A DNA stretch of 55,677 nt, from positions 1 to 55,677 of the IMG/VR virus record IMGVR_UViG_3300004353_000017. One strand, given 5' to 3'. The notes beneath the pieces were generated by a model. The model was not told where the DNA came from. It did not search any database and was given only the letters and a program-made list of their open reading frames with translations. Position 1 is the stretch's first letter. Each line of letters opens with the position of its first letter. Shown here piece by piece: positions 20,993 through 29,836 of this stretch. A program made the position numbers and the translations under genes. Source of the stretch: a virus. Lineage: Duplodnaviria > Caudoviricetes.

Positions 20993-21388
20993 TTAATCTT
21001 GTGTGAAACGAATTAATGGTAATGCCGTTTTAACTGCTGATAAAATCGCTGTCAATGGATAGAATGACGCTTCTTTGTTTACAGTTCCTCTAACCATAAT
21101 TCCCGCAAATGGTTTTGATTTTAAGATTGTTGAAATCAAAACACCTGCATATTTGTGAGAAGCTGGCAAGGCGTCGTAAGCCGATCCTGTTACAGGCATT
21201 GGTTTAAATGTCTTTTCATCATTTGTGCAAATAATGATATGACCTGCCGGAATAACATCCGGTGTATAAGAAGTAACATCTAATGTTCTTCCTCCAGGAA
21301 TTCCTTCGAGATGTTTGACAATGACGATATTGTCATTACCAGTATCATAAGTTGGTCCTTTCTTAGCTAAATCTGCTGTTGTAGACAT
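20993..21388 (-). CDS. Head decoration / capsid cement protein
   Basis: 131 aa, GG.TLD...IPAG...GVL...GIMVRG.V pattern; upstream of the capsid gene. Confidence 0.65.
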   Translation of the reverse strand: MSTTADLAKKGPTYDTGNDNIVIVKHLEGIPGGRTLDVTSYTPDVIPAGHIIICTNDEKTFKPMPVTGSAYDALPASHKYAGVLISTILKSKPFAGIMVRGTVNKEASFYPLTAILSAVKTALPLIRFTQD

Positions 21389-21391
21389 GTT

Positions 21392-22054
21392 TTAAATATT
21401 TAAGTTATTTACTATATCATCAACTACTTTTTCATCTGGCTTAAATTCAGTCGAACCACTACCTGCTGCCGGTGCATAAGAATTTGAGTCCGCATTAATC
21501 TGAACTAATTCTGAATATTCAGTTTCTAGTTCTTTGATCTGATCTTCAAATGAAGTTTCAGATTCTACATTTACACGTTCCATCCACTTCTTTTTAATTT
21601 CCGGTTTTAATCCTTTCAAGATTTCAGAACCTTCTATAAGTTGAGCTACAGTTGATTTTTTATCTTCTATCACTTTTCCTTTCTTGAATGATTCTAATTC
21701 TCCAGCCATCTTTTGATTTGATTCAAGTATTGCTTTCGCCCATTTAGGCGTATCATCCTCTACCTCAATTTTTGCTGGTGCTGGTGGATCATTTGGATTT
21801 GGCGCTGGTGGATCTGCTTTTGGTTTTTGATTTGCCTCTAATGTCCTAACTCGATCATCTTCTCTTGCGATATCTTCAAAGGACATAAAGTCATTAGCAG
21901 CTTCTAAAACTGCGTCAATAGCATCATCATCTGCTCCATCTACTGGTTTTGGTGCAAGTTTAGCCGCAATTGCGTCTATCCTTTTTTGCGAAAAGTTCGC
22001 CTTAGGATATTTGATCTTAAGTCGTGCCTTAATCTGTTCTGGTGTTACTGCCAT
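21392..22054 (-). CDS. Capsid scaffolding protein
   Basis: Acidic, helical, Pro-rich linker, P.WAK.I motif; between portal and capsid. Confidence 0.7.
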   Translation of the reverse strand: MAVTPEQIKARLKIKYPKANFSQKRIDAIAAKLAPKPVDGADDDAIDAVLEAANDFMSFEDIAREDDRVRTLEANQKPKADPPAPNPNDPPAPAKIEVEDDTPKWAKAILESNQKMAGELESFKKGKVIEDKKSTVAQLIEGSEILKGLKPEIKKKWMERVNVESETSFEDQIKELETEYSELVQINADSNSYAPAAGSGSTEFKPDEKVVDDIVNNLNI

Positions 22055-22089
22055 TTTTATGATTATTTAGTTGATTACTAATTATGAAA

Positions 22090-22139
22090 CAAATGTAAAT
22101 AAAAAATCCTTATTTAGAATGATTCTAAATAAGGATTTT
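22090..22139 (-). promoter_or_regulatory. Head-operon promoter (-7 TACATTTG) with palindrome TTATTTAGAATGATTCTAAATAA; the extended hairpin could also terminate portal transcripts
   Basis: -7 at 22090-22097; core palindrome 22110-22132; 18 bp arms at 22103-22139. Confidence 0.75.
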
Positions 22140-22159
22140 ATTTTTTAAGTTTTAATTGA

Positions 22160-23596
22160 TTATGCAGGTATCTTTTCGACACGTTCAGGAACTTTTACTT
22201 CGCTATTGATCAGTTTAAGCTCATCCTCTGGATTCTCAACTAAATCAAGAAGTTTAATAGCTGAAATAGTTGAGATAAGACCAGCTTCTTTCAGGGAAGT
22301 TATGATATCAGTTGCTGTTTTAACATCGTCAGGAATAATTGAATTAAAAACGATGTCATAATAAAGCGATTCTGAAAACTTGGCCAGACCAGTATTTGTT
22401 GTTTTAACCACACCTGAGGTGATAATGTTTAATATTCTCTCAATCATGGTACGGTTGTCACCTTCGTTCATAGTTGCTTTAATCACTGCGTCTAAGAACA
22501 ATAACTTTAATGCTACTCCGGAAACGGTACCAAGTCCTTTTACGTTGTCAAACGATAGATCCGGAGTGTGTGAAATTGAATAAATCAGATCCTTAACATT
22601 GTCAAACTCTAATTTGGCACTTTCCGCTGCGTTGTCAGCTGTTAAGAACTCAGCTTTACCGTGCACCGGCTTACCATCATCATCTATTTTTATGGGAAAC
22701 TCCAGGATTTTACCAGAGTCATCTTTATCAGGAAATGAATTTACTGTACCAAAGATTTGAAGTAAAGGATAGGCAGTGTAATCATTTGAACCGCCAAGTT
22801 TTGACAATGAAGTTTCAAACCTATCAATAAGTTCTCGTACAACAAACCACTCTGGCTCATCCTGATTAACGTACACAATCGGAATTCTATCAAAACCGTG
22901 TGGCATAACTTTATCTAAATACGCCATTTTGCCGCCTTCATCATTTAAGTAATGATAATTGGCCGAATCCCATATTTCCACATGGTTTATTTCTTGATCA
23001 TTCTGATTCTTTGCTTTATATTCCCACATAAAAAGAATCATATTGCCAGAACCATCGAAGAAAGGCGTCATTACTCCCTTAGAATTATCAAGTAATTTAG
23101 ATTTTATTTCCTTTACCTGTTTTCCAAGCTTCAGAAAATTCAGGATCTTTTTAAATAAAGAATTATCTGCAATATCTGCAATGTAAAATTGTATAGCCCC
23201 TTGCGTCTCAGATTTCTTAAGTGAAACCAGCTTTTGCAGCAATGAATCAATACGATTTGTTTTCCATATCATTTTAATCAGGTCAGACAACGCATTTACT
23301 TCTGAAGGAATAAGAGTAACTGGCTTACCAACTTCAAATGCAGTGGCAGTCGAAACAATCTTTCTGGCAAAATCGATTGGTATTTTTACAGTTTTAACTG
23401 ATTTCGACTTCTCTCCCGAACCGATAACTTTATCTTTCTGTATATTTCCGACTTGAGACTCGCGAATTGTTCTATCGTGGTCTTTAAATTCTTTTTGATA
23501 TTCAGTAATCGTCGCATTGTCTTTTGATTGCTTTCTAATTTTTTCAATCACAGATTCCGGATCTGTTTTTAATTGAAGTAATAATTCTTCTTCCAT
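22160..23596 (-). CDS. Portal protein, SPP1 gp6-like
   Basis: HGF.RIPIV, LID.F...LS, S.TPDLSF...G..SGVALK motifs. Confidence 0.92.
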   Translation of the reverse strand: MEEELLLQLKTDPESVIEKIRKQSKDNATITEYQKEFKDHDRTIRESQVGNIQKDKVIGSGEKSKSVKTVKIPIDFARKIVSTATAFEVGKPVTLIPSEVNALSDLIKMIWKTNRIDSLLQKLVSLKKSETQGAIQFYIADIADNSLFKKILNFLKLGKQVKEIKSKLLDNSKGVMTPFFDGSGNMILFMWEYKAKNQNDQEINHVEIWDSANYHYLNDEGGKMAYLDKVMPHGFDRIPIVYVNQDEPEWFVVRELIDRFETSLSKLGGSNDYTAYPLLQIFGTVNSFPDKDDSGKILEFPIKIDDDGKPVHGKAEFLTADNAAESAKLEFDNVKDLIYSISHTPDLSFDNVKGLGTVSGVALKLLFLDAVIKATMNEGDNRTMIERILNIITSGVVKTTNTGLAKFSESLYYDIVFNSIIPDDVKTATDIITSLKEAGLISTISAIKLLDLVENPEDELKLINSEVKVPERVEKIPA

Positions 23597-23598
23597 AA

Positions 23599-25068
23599 TT
23601 AGTAATTTATATTGTTAATTGCTTGTGGCGTTGACTCTAAAGTTAGTTTTGGGGAATTGTGAGCAATGTGGCCGTAACGAGCACTATCCCACATGTGATT
23701 GAATTTATCCAATGGTTGATTAATTGCAATTCCCGCAATTTCACGCATCTTATAATTTTGTTGTTCTTTAAGTGCTTCCTTGTACAGATGGTTTTTTACT
23801 ATGTGAATCTTCTTCTTCTTCATAGAAGTAAGCCAGAACATGACGGATTTTGTTTTCTTGATCTTAAAAGCATTAACGAAACCTTGCTTTTTCAATCCTT
23901 TGACCATCTCAACAGTACCTTTATTTTCTCCGGTATATTTATCGGCCGAATCACAGGGAATAATGTCCTTTGCCTTATCAATGTTTAAACTTTCAAGCAA
24001 TAGCGAAAGCGCTTCCGGAGTTTCGATTGGTTCATAGCTTAAAGGCTCAATCCAGATGTTGAATTCATCTTCAGCATATTTGACAAGAGTATTTGGATCA
24101 GTTGTAAAGCCAAAATCATTTGGATATATTGGCGCTTTATCTTCCGGGAACTTATCAATCCATGTCACAAAAGGAAATATTAAACCCTTCATTGCTCCTC
24201 TTAATCCTAAACCATAAATTCGCCAGTAGCTTTCATCTGCAGTACCGTTTCTTATATTATCCGGATGTGGTGGCGGCTGGTTAGTTGGCGACAGCGGCTC
24301 CACTTTGTTAGTGGCTTTGTTATAGCATTGTACAACTCCATCTTTAACTATATATGAACCTGGCTTCCATGGCTCAGTAATTAATATCTCATTTCTTTCC
24401 TGAGCTGAGATATATTTATTGTCTTTGAAAGTTGTTCTTAAGAAAATAACATCAGGACGGGCCAATACACTATCAAAGAACCAGTGATCAGTAAACGATG
24501 GATTATAATCGGCCCACCAGAATTTTCTGCAACGCATTTTAACCTGGTCAAAAACTGATTTCTTAATGAACATAACCTCGTTAAAGAAAGCATAATCACA
24601 GCCTCCCCCATGCTTACCGTCTCCAATGAAATATATTTTACTATTGCCAATTTTAAAGCTTTTGATTTCATCATTGTCTTTAAACTTATTTGGTAGTCCG
24701 TAATCATCTAATCTGCGCTTGAAATCATCGTATAAAGTTGTTTTAAACTCATTGTAGGTTTCACGATATATGTTGATTGTACAGCCATTTGGCTCATAGA
24801 ACAAACAAAGCCAAATGATAATATCGATTCCGGACCATGTTTTTCCGGAACGGGATGATCCTTCAAGACCGGCGCCACGATATCCCGAAACCAGTTCAGA
24901 CTTTCCGTCAATGATTTCGTATTTTTGGTTTTGGATGGCGTTAAATAGAAGAGAGTAATTCGGATTTGTTTCTTCATCAATCGTCGTAAGCCTCTTACGA
25001 GACATGTCAATATCACGTGCTGCCAACAATTCTTCCAGCTCTAATATTTCAGCATCGGTTAATGACAT
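23599..25068 (-). CDS. terL: Terminase large subunit (PBSX-like)
   Basis: Walker A EGSSRSGKT, Walker B FFNE, DYNP, DFGF..DP, CDSA, NH.WDS.RY nuclease motifs. Confidence 0.95.
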   Translation of the reverse strand: MSLTDAEILELEELLAARDIDMSRKRLTTIDEETNPNYSLLFNAIQNQKYEIIDGKSELVSGYRGAGLEGSSRSGKTWSGIDIIIWLCLFYEPNGCTINIYRETYNEFKTTLYDDFKRRLDDYGLPNKFKDNDEIKSFKIGNSKIYFIGDGKHGGGCDYAFFNEVMFIKKSVFDQVKMRCRKFWWADYNPSFTDHWFFDSVLARPDVIFLRTTFKDNKYISAQERNEILITEPWKPGSYIVKDGVVQCYNKATNKVEPLSPTNQPPPHPDNIRNGTADESYWRIYGLGLRGAMKGLIFPFVTWIDKFPEDKAPIYPNDFGFTTDPNTLVKYAEDEFNIWIEPLSYEPIETPEALSLLLESLNIDKAKDIIPCDSADKYTGENKGTVEMVKGLKKQGFVNAFKIKKTKSVMFWLTSMKKKKIHIVKNHLYKEALKEQQNYKMREIAGIAINQPLDKFNHMWDSARYGHIAHNSPKLTLESTPQAINNINY

Positions 25069-25076
25069 TCACTTGA

Positions 25077-25304
25077 TTATTTATTTACTTGGATGTGACC
25101 TTTTGCGATAAGGTGTTTGATTCTTAGTTCAACAAAGTCTCTTTCGCTTCTTGAAAGCACGCTTTTCTTTTCCTGAATTAGCCTTAATTCATTGATCAAA
25201 GCTTCATAATCAGAAGTAACACGAGCAAGCGTTGCTGCTCTGGCAGCTTTACGTTTCTTTTTTTCCTGGAAGTAATTCACTAATTTTTGACAAAATGCCA
25301 TCAT
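25077..25304 (-). CDS. Hypothetical protein
   Basis: 75 aa basic helical ORF between terS and terL. Confidence 0.6.
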   Translation of the reverse strand: MMAFCQKLVNYFQEKKKRKAARAATLARVTSDYEALINELRLIQEKKSVLSRSERDFVELRIKHLIAKGHIQVNK

Positions 25305-25330
25305 AATTTTTCGTTTTTGATTGATAGTGT

Positions 25331-25663
25331 TTACTTGAGTAATGACATCAAAGAATCTGAGTTATTGAAACATTCAGATATAAACGCAGCGTGATTAAAC
25401 GCTTCTTTTGTTTCGCCACTTATATAAGGGATTCTTGCAATTTTGTACTTGCTACCTAAGCTTTTACCAATAACATTCCAAGCGTCTTTTGTTTGCGAGT
25501 GAACAACATGTGTTTTTATTTTAGGATTTACGATGTCATTCACTGTGTATAACTTCTCTTCAGAATTCTCTGCCAGGTCTAAAATCGCATACCCAATGAA
25601 TGCAGGATCAACAGTTTCTTTTCCTTCAACAAATACTCTTCCGTTAACAATTTCTATACTCAT
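25331..25663 (-). CDS. Hypothetical protein
   Basis: 110 aa ORF with its own promoter at 25688-25728. Confidence 0.65.
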   Translation of the reverse strand: MSIEIVNGRVFVEGKETVDPAFIGYAILDLAENSEEKLYTVNDIVNPKIKTHVVHSQTKDAWNVIGKSLGSKYKIARIPYISGETKEAFNHAAFISECFNNSDSLMSLLK

Positions 25664-25687
25664 GGTGATGGTAGTTTTACTTTATTA

Positions 25688-25728
25688 CAAAACTAATATA
25701 TTTTATTACATCATAACATAATATGTTA
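25688..25728 (-). promoter_or_regulatory. Promoter (-7 TAGTTTTG) with palindrome TAACATAATATGTTA
   Basis: -7 at 25688-25695, palindrome at 25714-25728, 18 nt apart; same layout upstream of terS. Confidence 0.7.
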
Positions 25729-25746
25729 GTTTTTAATTACAAGGAA

Positions 25747-26379
25747 TTATGCTTGTTTAGCCTTTGCAATCAATTCAGCAATTCGTGCTTCACGCTCCTC
25801 TGTGTTAGAAATATCAAGAACCTTATTCTTCTGCTCATTATCCTTTTCATAGAATCCAATATGCTTATTGATCTTTTCAATTGACCACTCTTTACCATGA
25901 AGCTTAAGTTCAATACCGTATTTGGTTTGCTTAATACCTTCAATGCACATCTTTTGCTCGTCGGTAAGTTTATCGAATGGCTTAATTCGTAGCTCAGTTC
26001 GCTTTTCAATATTTGTCAATACAGTTTTATTCTTTCCGGTCCCAGTAGTTGTGGTTACAGGCACTTCGAATTCGTGATATTCAACGTACTCATCAATCCT
26101 GGCTTTGCGAAGAATGTTCAAATGTCGAAGCATCTCTTCAGCAGTGATCTTAAACTCCTTTTCTGCGATATCAGCAACAGTTGATTGCAATTCTTTTATC
26201 CTTGCCGCTACCTTGCTATGCTTCAACAACCTACATGCGGCTTCATGAATTGACTTATCGCTTTTATTAGTATAAGAATATCCAGCCTCCTTATATGCAT
26301 CAGAGCCGACACCGATACGAATGTACGCCTGTGAAAAGGCTTCTTGTAATAAAGTCAAATTGTTAATCTTCATGTTCAT
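25747..26379 (-). CDS. terS: Terminase small subunit
   Basis: LT..QEAF...Y......AY.EAGYS.......A.RLL....V...I.EL N-terminal HTH and IE.KLH.K...E...KHIG motif; start 26379 or 26373. Confidence 0.9.
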   Translation of the reverse strand: MNMKINNLTLLQEAFSQAYIRIGVGSDAYKEAGYSYTNKSDKSIHEAACRLLKHSKVAARIKELQSTVADIAEKEFKITAEEMLRHLNILRKARIDEYVEYHEFEVPVTTTTGTGKNKTVLTNIEKRTELRIKPFDKLTDEQKMCIEGIKQTKYGIELKLHGKEWSIEKINKHIGFYEKDNEQKNKVLDISNTEEREARIAELIAKAKQA

Positions 26380-26392
26380 AGGATTGGTATAG

Positions 26393-26433
26393 CAAAAGTA
26401 GTAATTAATATTATTTAATAACATAATATGTTA
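26393..26433 (-). promoter_or_regulatory. terS promoter (-7 TACTTTTG) with palindrome TAACATAATATGTTA
   Basis: -7 at 26393-26400, palindrome at 26419-26433, 18 nt apart. Confidence 0.7.
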
Positions 26434-26448
26434 AAGTTTGCAAATTGC

Positions 26449-26479
26449 TTGTACGACACCAAAAGGTATCGTATCTTTA
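26449..26479 (+). promoter_or_regulatory. Promoter with an inverted-repeat operator between -33 and -7
   Basis: TTG (26449-51), 20 nt, TATCTTTA (26472-79); TACGACACC-AAAA-GGTATCGTA at 26452-26473 (1 mismatch). Confidence 0.6.
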
Positions 26480-26522
26480 CAGGGTAGAAATGAAACAATT
26501 ATTAACAATTAAATTTTAAACG

Positions 26523-26837
26523 ATGATCGAAAAAAGATTGTACTTAAAAGCTCTAAGAATCGTAGAAGCGTATCACGAGCAAACAAAAGAAAACGCGAAA
26601 CTGGTTAAAGAAATCGAAGGATTTAAAACGGTTAGAGTGTATCGGAATTTAGATAGTGAAAATGATGCACAACCTGGAGATTTTGTAACATGTGTTTTTA
26701 AACATTCCGCTAGTAGTTTTACAAGGAATAAAGATTATGAGATATTGAGAGTAGATAGTGATCGATTCCAAATTGAAAATGATAAAGGGACTAAGAAATG
26801 GCACTACAAATCAAATAAACATTTCAAATTAATCTAA
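26523..26837 (+). CDS. Hypothetical protein (C-terminal SH3-like beta region)
   Basis: 104 aa ORF; GD.V.C......FT..K.YEI......F.I.ND.G pattern. Confidence 0.65.
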   Translation: MIEKRLYLKALRIVEAYHEQTKENAKLVKEIEGFKTVRVYRNLDSENDAQPGDFVTCVFKHSASSFTRNKDYEILRVDSDRFQIENDKGTKKWHYKSNKHFKLI

Positions 26838-26883
26838 AACTAATCAAGAGGGGCTGAAATGCTCCTCTTTAAAAATCTTTCAC

Positions 26884-27171
26884 ATGAAAAAAGAATTCCA
26901 CAAAAAAAGAAAAAGCATTTTGAACTGGTTGTTTTATGGTTTCTTAATTGAATTTGTAGAAAACGAGATGACATTCCAAATTCAGATTATTCAGAATGAT
27001 ATAACAATTTGCACTCAAACAATGTATGCGGTTCCGCAAATCGGGTCTAAAGTTGAAATAAGTCAAAACAACTATCCGAATCCGGAATCATTTAAATTGT
27101 TCCTTGTAGAAGATATAATATATTCTCCCTATGGAACGGCAAATAAATTGATCGGTAAATACATCGATTAG
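26884..27171 (+). CDS. Hypothetical protein
   Basis: 95 aa ORF flanked by hairpins at 26846-26870 and 27181-27210. Confidence 0.55.
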   Translation: MKKEFHKKRKSILNWLFYGFLIEFVENEMTFQIQIIQNDITICTQTMYAVPQIGSKVEISQNNYPNPESFKLFLVEDIIYSPYGTANKLIGKYID

Positions 27172-27277
27172 CCTGGAATAAAAAAACCTCTCTTGTTACG
27201 GAGAGGTTTTACCTTTTGTAGAAAGGAAACTTAATTATTAAAATTAAATTTGTTACAAATATACCAATTAAGTACTT

Positions 27278-27487
27278 ATGGAACCAATTGATAAAATAAA
27301 CAAAGTCTTAGATGATTTTGGTATCACTGGAGTGAAAGCAGCCGAAGCTATGGGGATTACCTATGCTACTTTTAAGAGCAAGAGAAGCCCTAATAATGAT
27401 CGTCACTCATTTAATGAAAAGAATTACCAAGATCTTGTGACTTTTATAAAATCACTTGCTGCCAGTTTAGATGTTTCAGGTAGGTAA
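27278..27487 (+). CDS. Small HTH (XRE/Cro-like) DNA-binding protein
   Basis: L...GIT...AAEAMGITY.TF HTH-like pattern, 69 aa. Confidence 0.65.
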   Translation: MEPIDKINKVLDDFGITGVKAAEAMGITYATFKSKRSPNNDRHSFNEKNYQDLVTFIKSLAASLDVSGR

Positions 27488-27502
27488 AACTATTATCGTA
27501 CA

Positions 27503-27722
27503 GGTAAAACACCACTTTGCGGAATGGAGCAAGCGTATAATCACGAAATATTTGAATGGAAAAAACCGGTTTCATGTCATTTATACCCGATAAGGGTAAA
27601 AGGCAACGGAGTTCGCTGCAGTAAATTACGATAAGTGGGATATTTGCGATGATATCTATTCTTTAGGAAAAGAATTAGAGGTTCCGGTTTCATGTCATTT
27701 GTATTCCATACAAGTAATATAA
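27503..27722 (+). pseudogene. Frameshifted internal fragment of a DUF3109-family gene
   Basis: One frame reads [33 protein letters not shown]; after a frameshift near 27602-27605 the next reads [28 protein letters not shown]. Both match my recollection of the DUF3109 C-terminal half. Confidence 0.75.
27566..27700 (+). repeat. 17 bp direct repeat CCGGTTTCATGTCATTT
   Basis: Copies at 27566-27582 and 27684-27700. Confidence 0.9.
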
Positions 27723-28109
27723 AGCCGTTTTAATTTATGAATTTACAATAATTGAGATATTTAAGCCGCTAATTCATTGCTTATGTTTGCACTTTAAAAG
27801 ATTCGTATGTCGCTTTGTAGTATACAAGGGGTGAAACGGCGATTCAGGAATACATTTAACTTAAAACTCACTGTTTTTAACTCAAAAAAACTTTCAAAAA
27901 ACAATTTAAAATTTCTTGCTTTTTATTCTAAAAAGTCTATATTTTACGGCACTTAAAGAGTAAATAAGGGTTTTAAATAACTCATTTGCAATACTTTAAT
28001 TCTTGTATGAAAAATTGACCACTTTTTTCCCGTTGTTAAAAACTACGTCATATTGTGAATAAGTATGGCTTTCTTTTTTGGCAACAAATGACAATCTTTG
28101 TAGTTCAGA

Positions 28110-28238
28110 ATGATAAATAAAAAAAATGAGCCTAAAGACTCTGAAAGTCTATGGCTCAAATTTATGAAAGTCACTCCGTCTATAGCAATTCTTGGCAGAC
28201 TTCTTTTAGACTTTGTGAAATTATTTATCGAAAGATAA
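28110..28238 (+). CDS. Unannotated 42 aa small protein with hydrophobic C-terminal half
   Basis: MINKKNEPKDSESLWLKFMKVTPSIAILGRLLLDFVKLFIER; followed by ACCGC...GCGGT-T-tract hairpin (~28250-28287). Confidence 0.5.
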   Translation: MINKKNEPKDSESLWLKFMKVTPSIAILGRLLLDFVKLFIER

Positions 28239-28447
28239 AATAATTGTCAAGACCGCCGACGTTTTAAAAAACTGAAGCGGTTTTTTCGTTTACAAATATA
28301 TTTAAAAAAAGGTGTTATTTATTAATAAACGATATCTTTTATCAACAACTTTTTAACTGAACAAATTATTTTGTTCCAATTTAGAACATTTACACACATG
28401 TATATTGTTGTGTTCTGTGCTAATTTTGCTTTTCTAAATTAATCAAT

Positions 28448-28765
28448 ATGGAAGCAAATGAAAAACAAGCCGTTGAAGCGCATTTACTTAAAGCTTATGG
28501 AATGCATCCCGCTACTCCTCGTTACAAATTACTAGAAAGATTATTAAAAGAAGAATCATTAGTGTTTCAAGAAGTGGGATATGATGAAGCCGTTTCTTTA
28601 CGAAAAGAACTTTGGTTTTTAAAATTCGAATGTGGAATGCGTTGGAATAAAATCATCATAAATGATGAAGTATACTTTAAGTATTATGTTAATGTGATGG
28701 GGCTTACTCCCAAAAACCATGAGGAAGGAAAAATTTTTTATGACAAGGATTGGGATTATAATTAA
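28448..28765 (+). CDS. Hypothetical protein (shares YYVNVM.L motif with the next gene)
   Basis: 105 aa; -7 TAATTTTG at 28421-28428. Confidence 0.7.
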   Translation: MEANEKQAVEAHLLKAYGMHPATPRYKLLERLLKEESLVFQEVGYDEAVSLRKELWFLKFECGMRWNKIIINDEVYFKYYVNVMGLTPKNHEEGKIFYDKDWDYN

Positions 28766-28777
28766 AAAAGCAAAGTG

Positions 28778-29164
28778 ATGACAATGGATGAAAAAAAGGA
28801 AATTACAAGACACATTAGCAAGGCTGGCGGTTTCAATGAAAAAACGAAAGGATACCACGCAATTCAGAGCTTGCTTATTGTGGGCGAATGGGCCTTTTAT
28901 TGGTATGGTGAAGAATTCTGCTTACAAAATGCACGCTGGTTGCAATATATCGGCTTAGATGTCGAAATTAGAAGTGATTGTATTAAAGTAACTGATAAAG
29001 CAATTGAAAATTATTACGTAAACGTTATGAAACTTATTCCAGAACCTGAACCTGAATATCAGAATCTTTCTAAGAGGGATCGCAGGCTTAGTATTGGAAA
29101 AGAAGAAAGCAGCACAAGTAACTGGGCTGCAAATATATTGGCTAATAAAAAGAATGAAAAATAA
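28778..29164 (+). CDS. Hypothetical protein (shares YYVNVM.L motif with the previous gene)
   Basis: 128 aa ORF in the operon with SRAP. Confidence 0.7.
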   Translation: MTMDEKKEITRHISKAGGFNEKTKGYHAIQSLLIVGEWAFYWYGEEFCLQNARWLQYIGLDVEIRSDCIKVTDKAIENYYVNVMKLIPEPEPEYQNLSKRDRRLSIGKEESSTSNWAANILANKKNEK

Positions 29165-29197
29165 TTTTTTGTAAATTTGAGTTAAACGTACTTTTTT

Positions 29198-29824
29198 ATG
29201 TGTTACTATGTTGATCAGAAAGCAAGCCGACGTGATGTTAAGCTACGATTTAATATCGCTGTAAACAATACTGGCCAATTTTACGAAGGTGTTTTTGTTA
29301 ATGGATTTGAACATCCTAATCTTCCAGTAATAACAAACGGGCACCCGGATGTTATATCTACTGATTATCACTGGGGCTTAGTCCCGAGCTGGGCGAAGAA
29401 TGACGATTTTAAAAGCAAAACTTTAAACGCAAGAATTGAAACAATTGACAGTACGGCATCATATAGAAATATAACTGAAAACCGATGTTTGATTATTGCC
29501 ACCGGTTACTATGAATGGCGCTGGCTCGATGAAAAAGGAAAGAAAAAAGAAAGATATCAAATCTTCTCCCAGACCGACGAAATATTTTGTTTTGCGGGAT
29601 TATATGACAGCTGGGTAAATCCTGCAAATGGAGAAGTCCTGAACTCTTTTACGATGGTTACTACCGAGGCAAACGAGTTGATGCAGTTTATCCATAATCA
29701 TAAAAGGCGTATGCCGATCATGCTTAACCGTGAGGATGAATTATCCTGGCTTGACACAACAAATAAAATACAAGATTTCGCTTTGCCTTATCAAAGTAAG
29801 TTAATTGCTTTTGAAGCAGCTTAA
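29198..29824 (+). CDS. SOS response-associated peptidase (SRAP / YedK / HMCES family)
   Basis: N-terminal Met-Cys, WGLVPSWAK, NARIET, RCLI.A.GYYEW, FAGLYD, IHN..RMP motifs. Confidence 0.93.
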   Translation: MCYYVDQKASRRDVKLRFNIAVNNTGQFYEGVFVNGFEHPNLPVITNGHPDVISTDYHWGLVPSWAKNDDFKSKTLNARIETIDSTASYRNITENRCLIIATGYYEWRWLDEKGKKKERYQIFSQTDEIFCFAGLYDSWVNPANGEVLNSFTMVTTEANELMQFIHNHKRRMPIMLNREDELSWLDTTNKIQDFALPYQSKLIAFEAA

Positions 29825-29836
29825 ATAAAGATCCCT

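Noticed and set aside
21760-21830. GCTGGTGGATC repeat in the scaffold gene
   Set aside because: Encodes the DPPAP linker; ordinary low-complexity protein repeat
12139-24707. Numerous 60-110 aa antisense or out-of-frame ORFs within structural genes
   Set aside because: No motifs or expression signals; expected shadows of long coding regions, unlike the nested MTase frame, which carries a missing catalytic motif
27566-27700. CRISPR mini-array
   Set aside because: Only two 17 bp copies 118 nt apart, explained by duplication within the DUF3109 fragment; no cas genes
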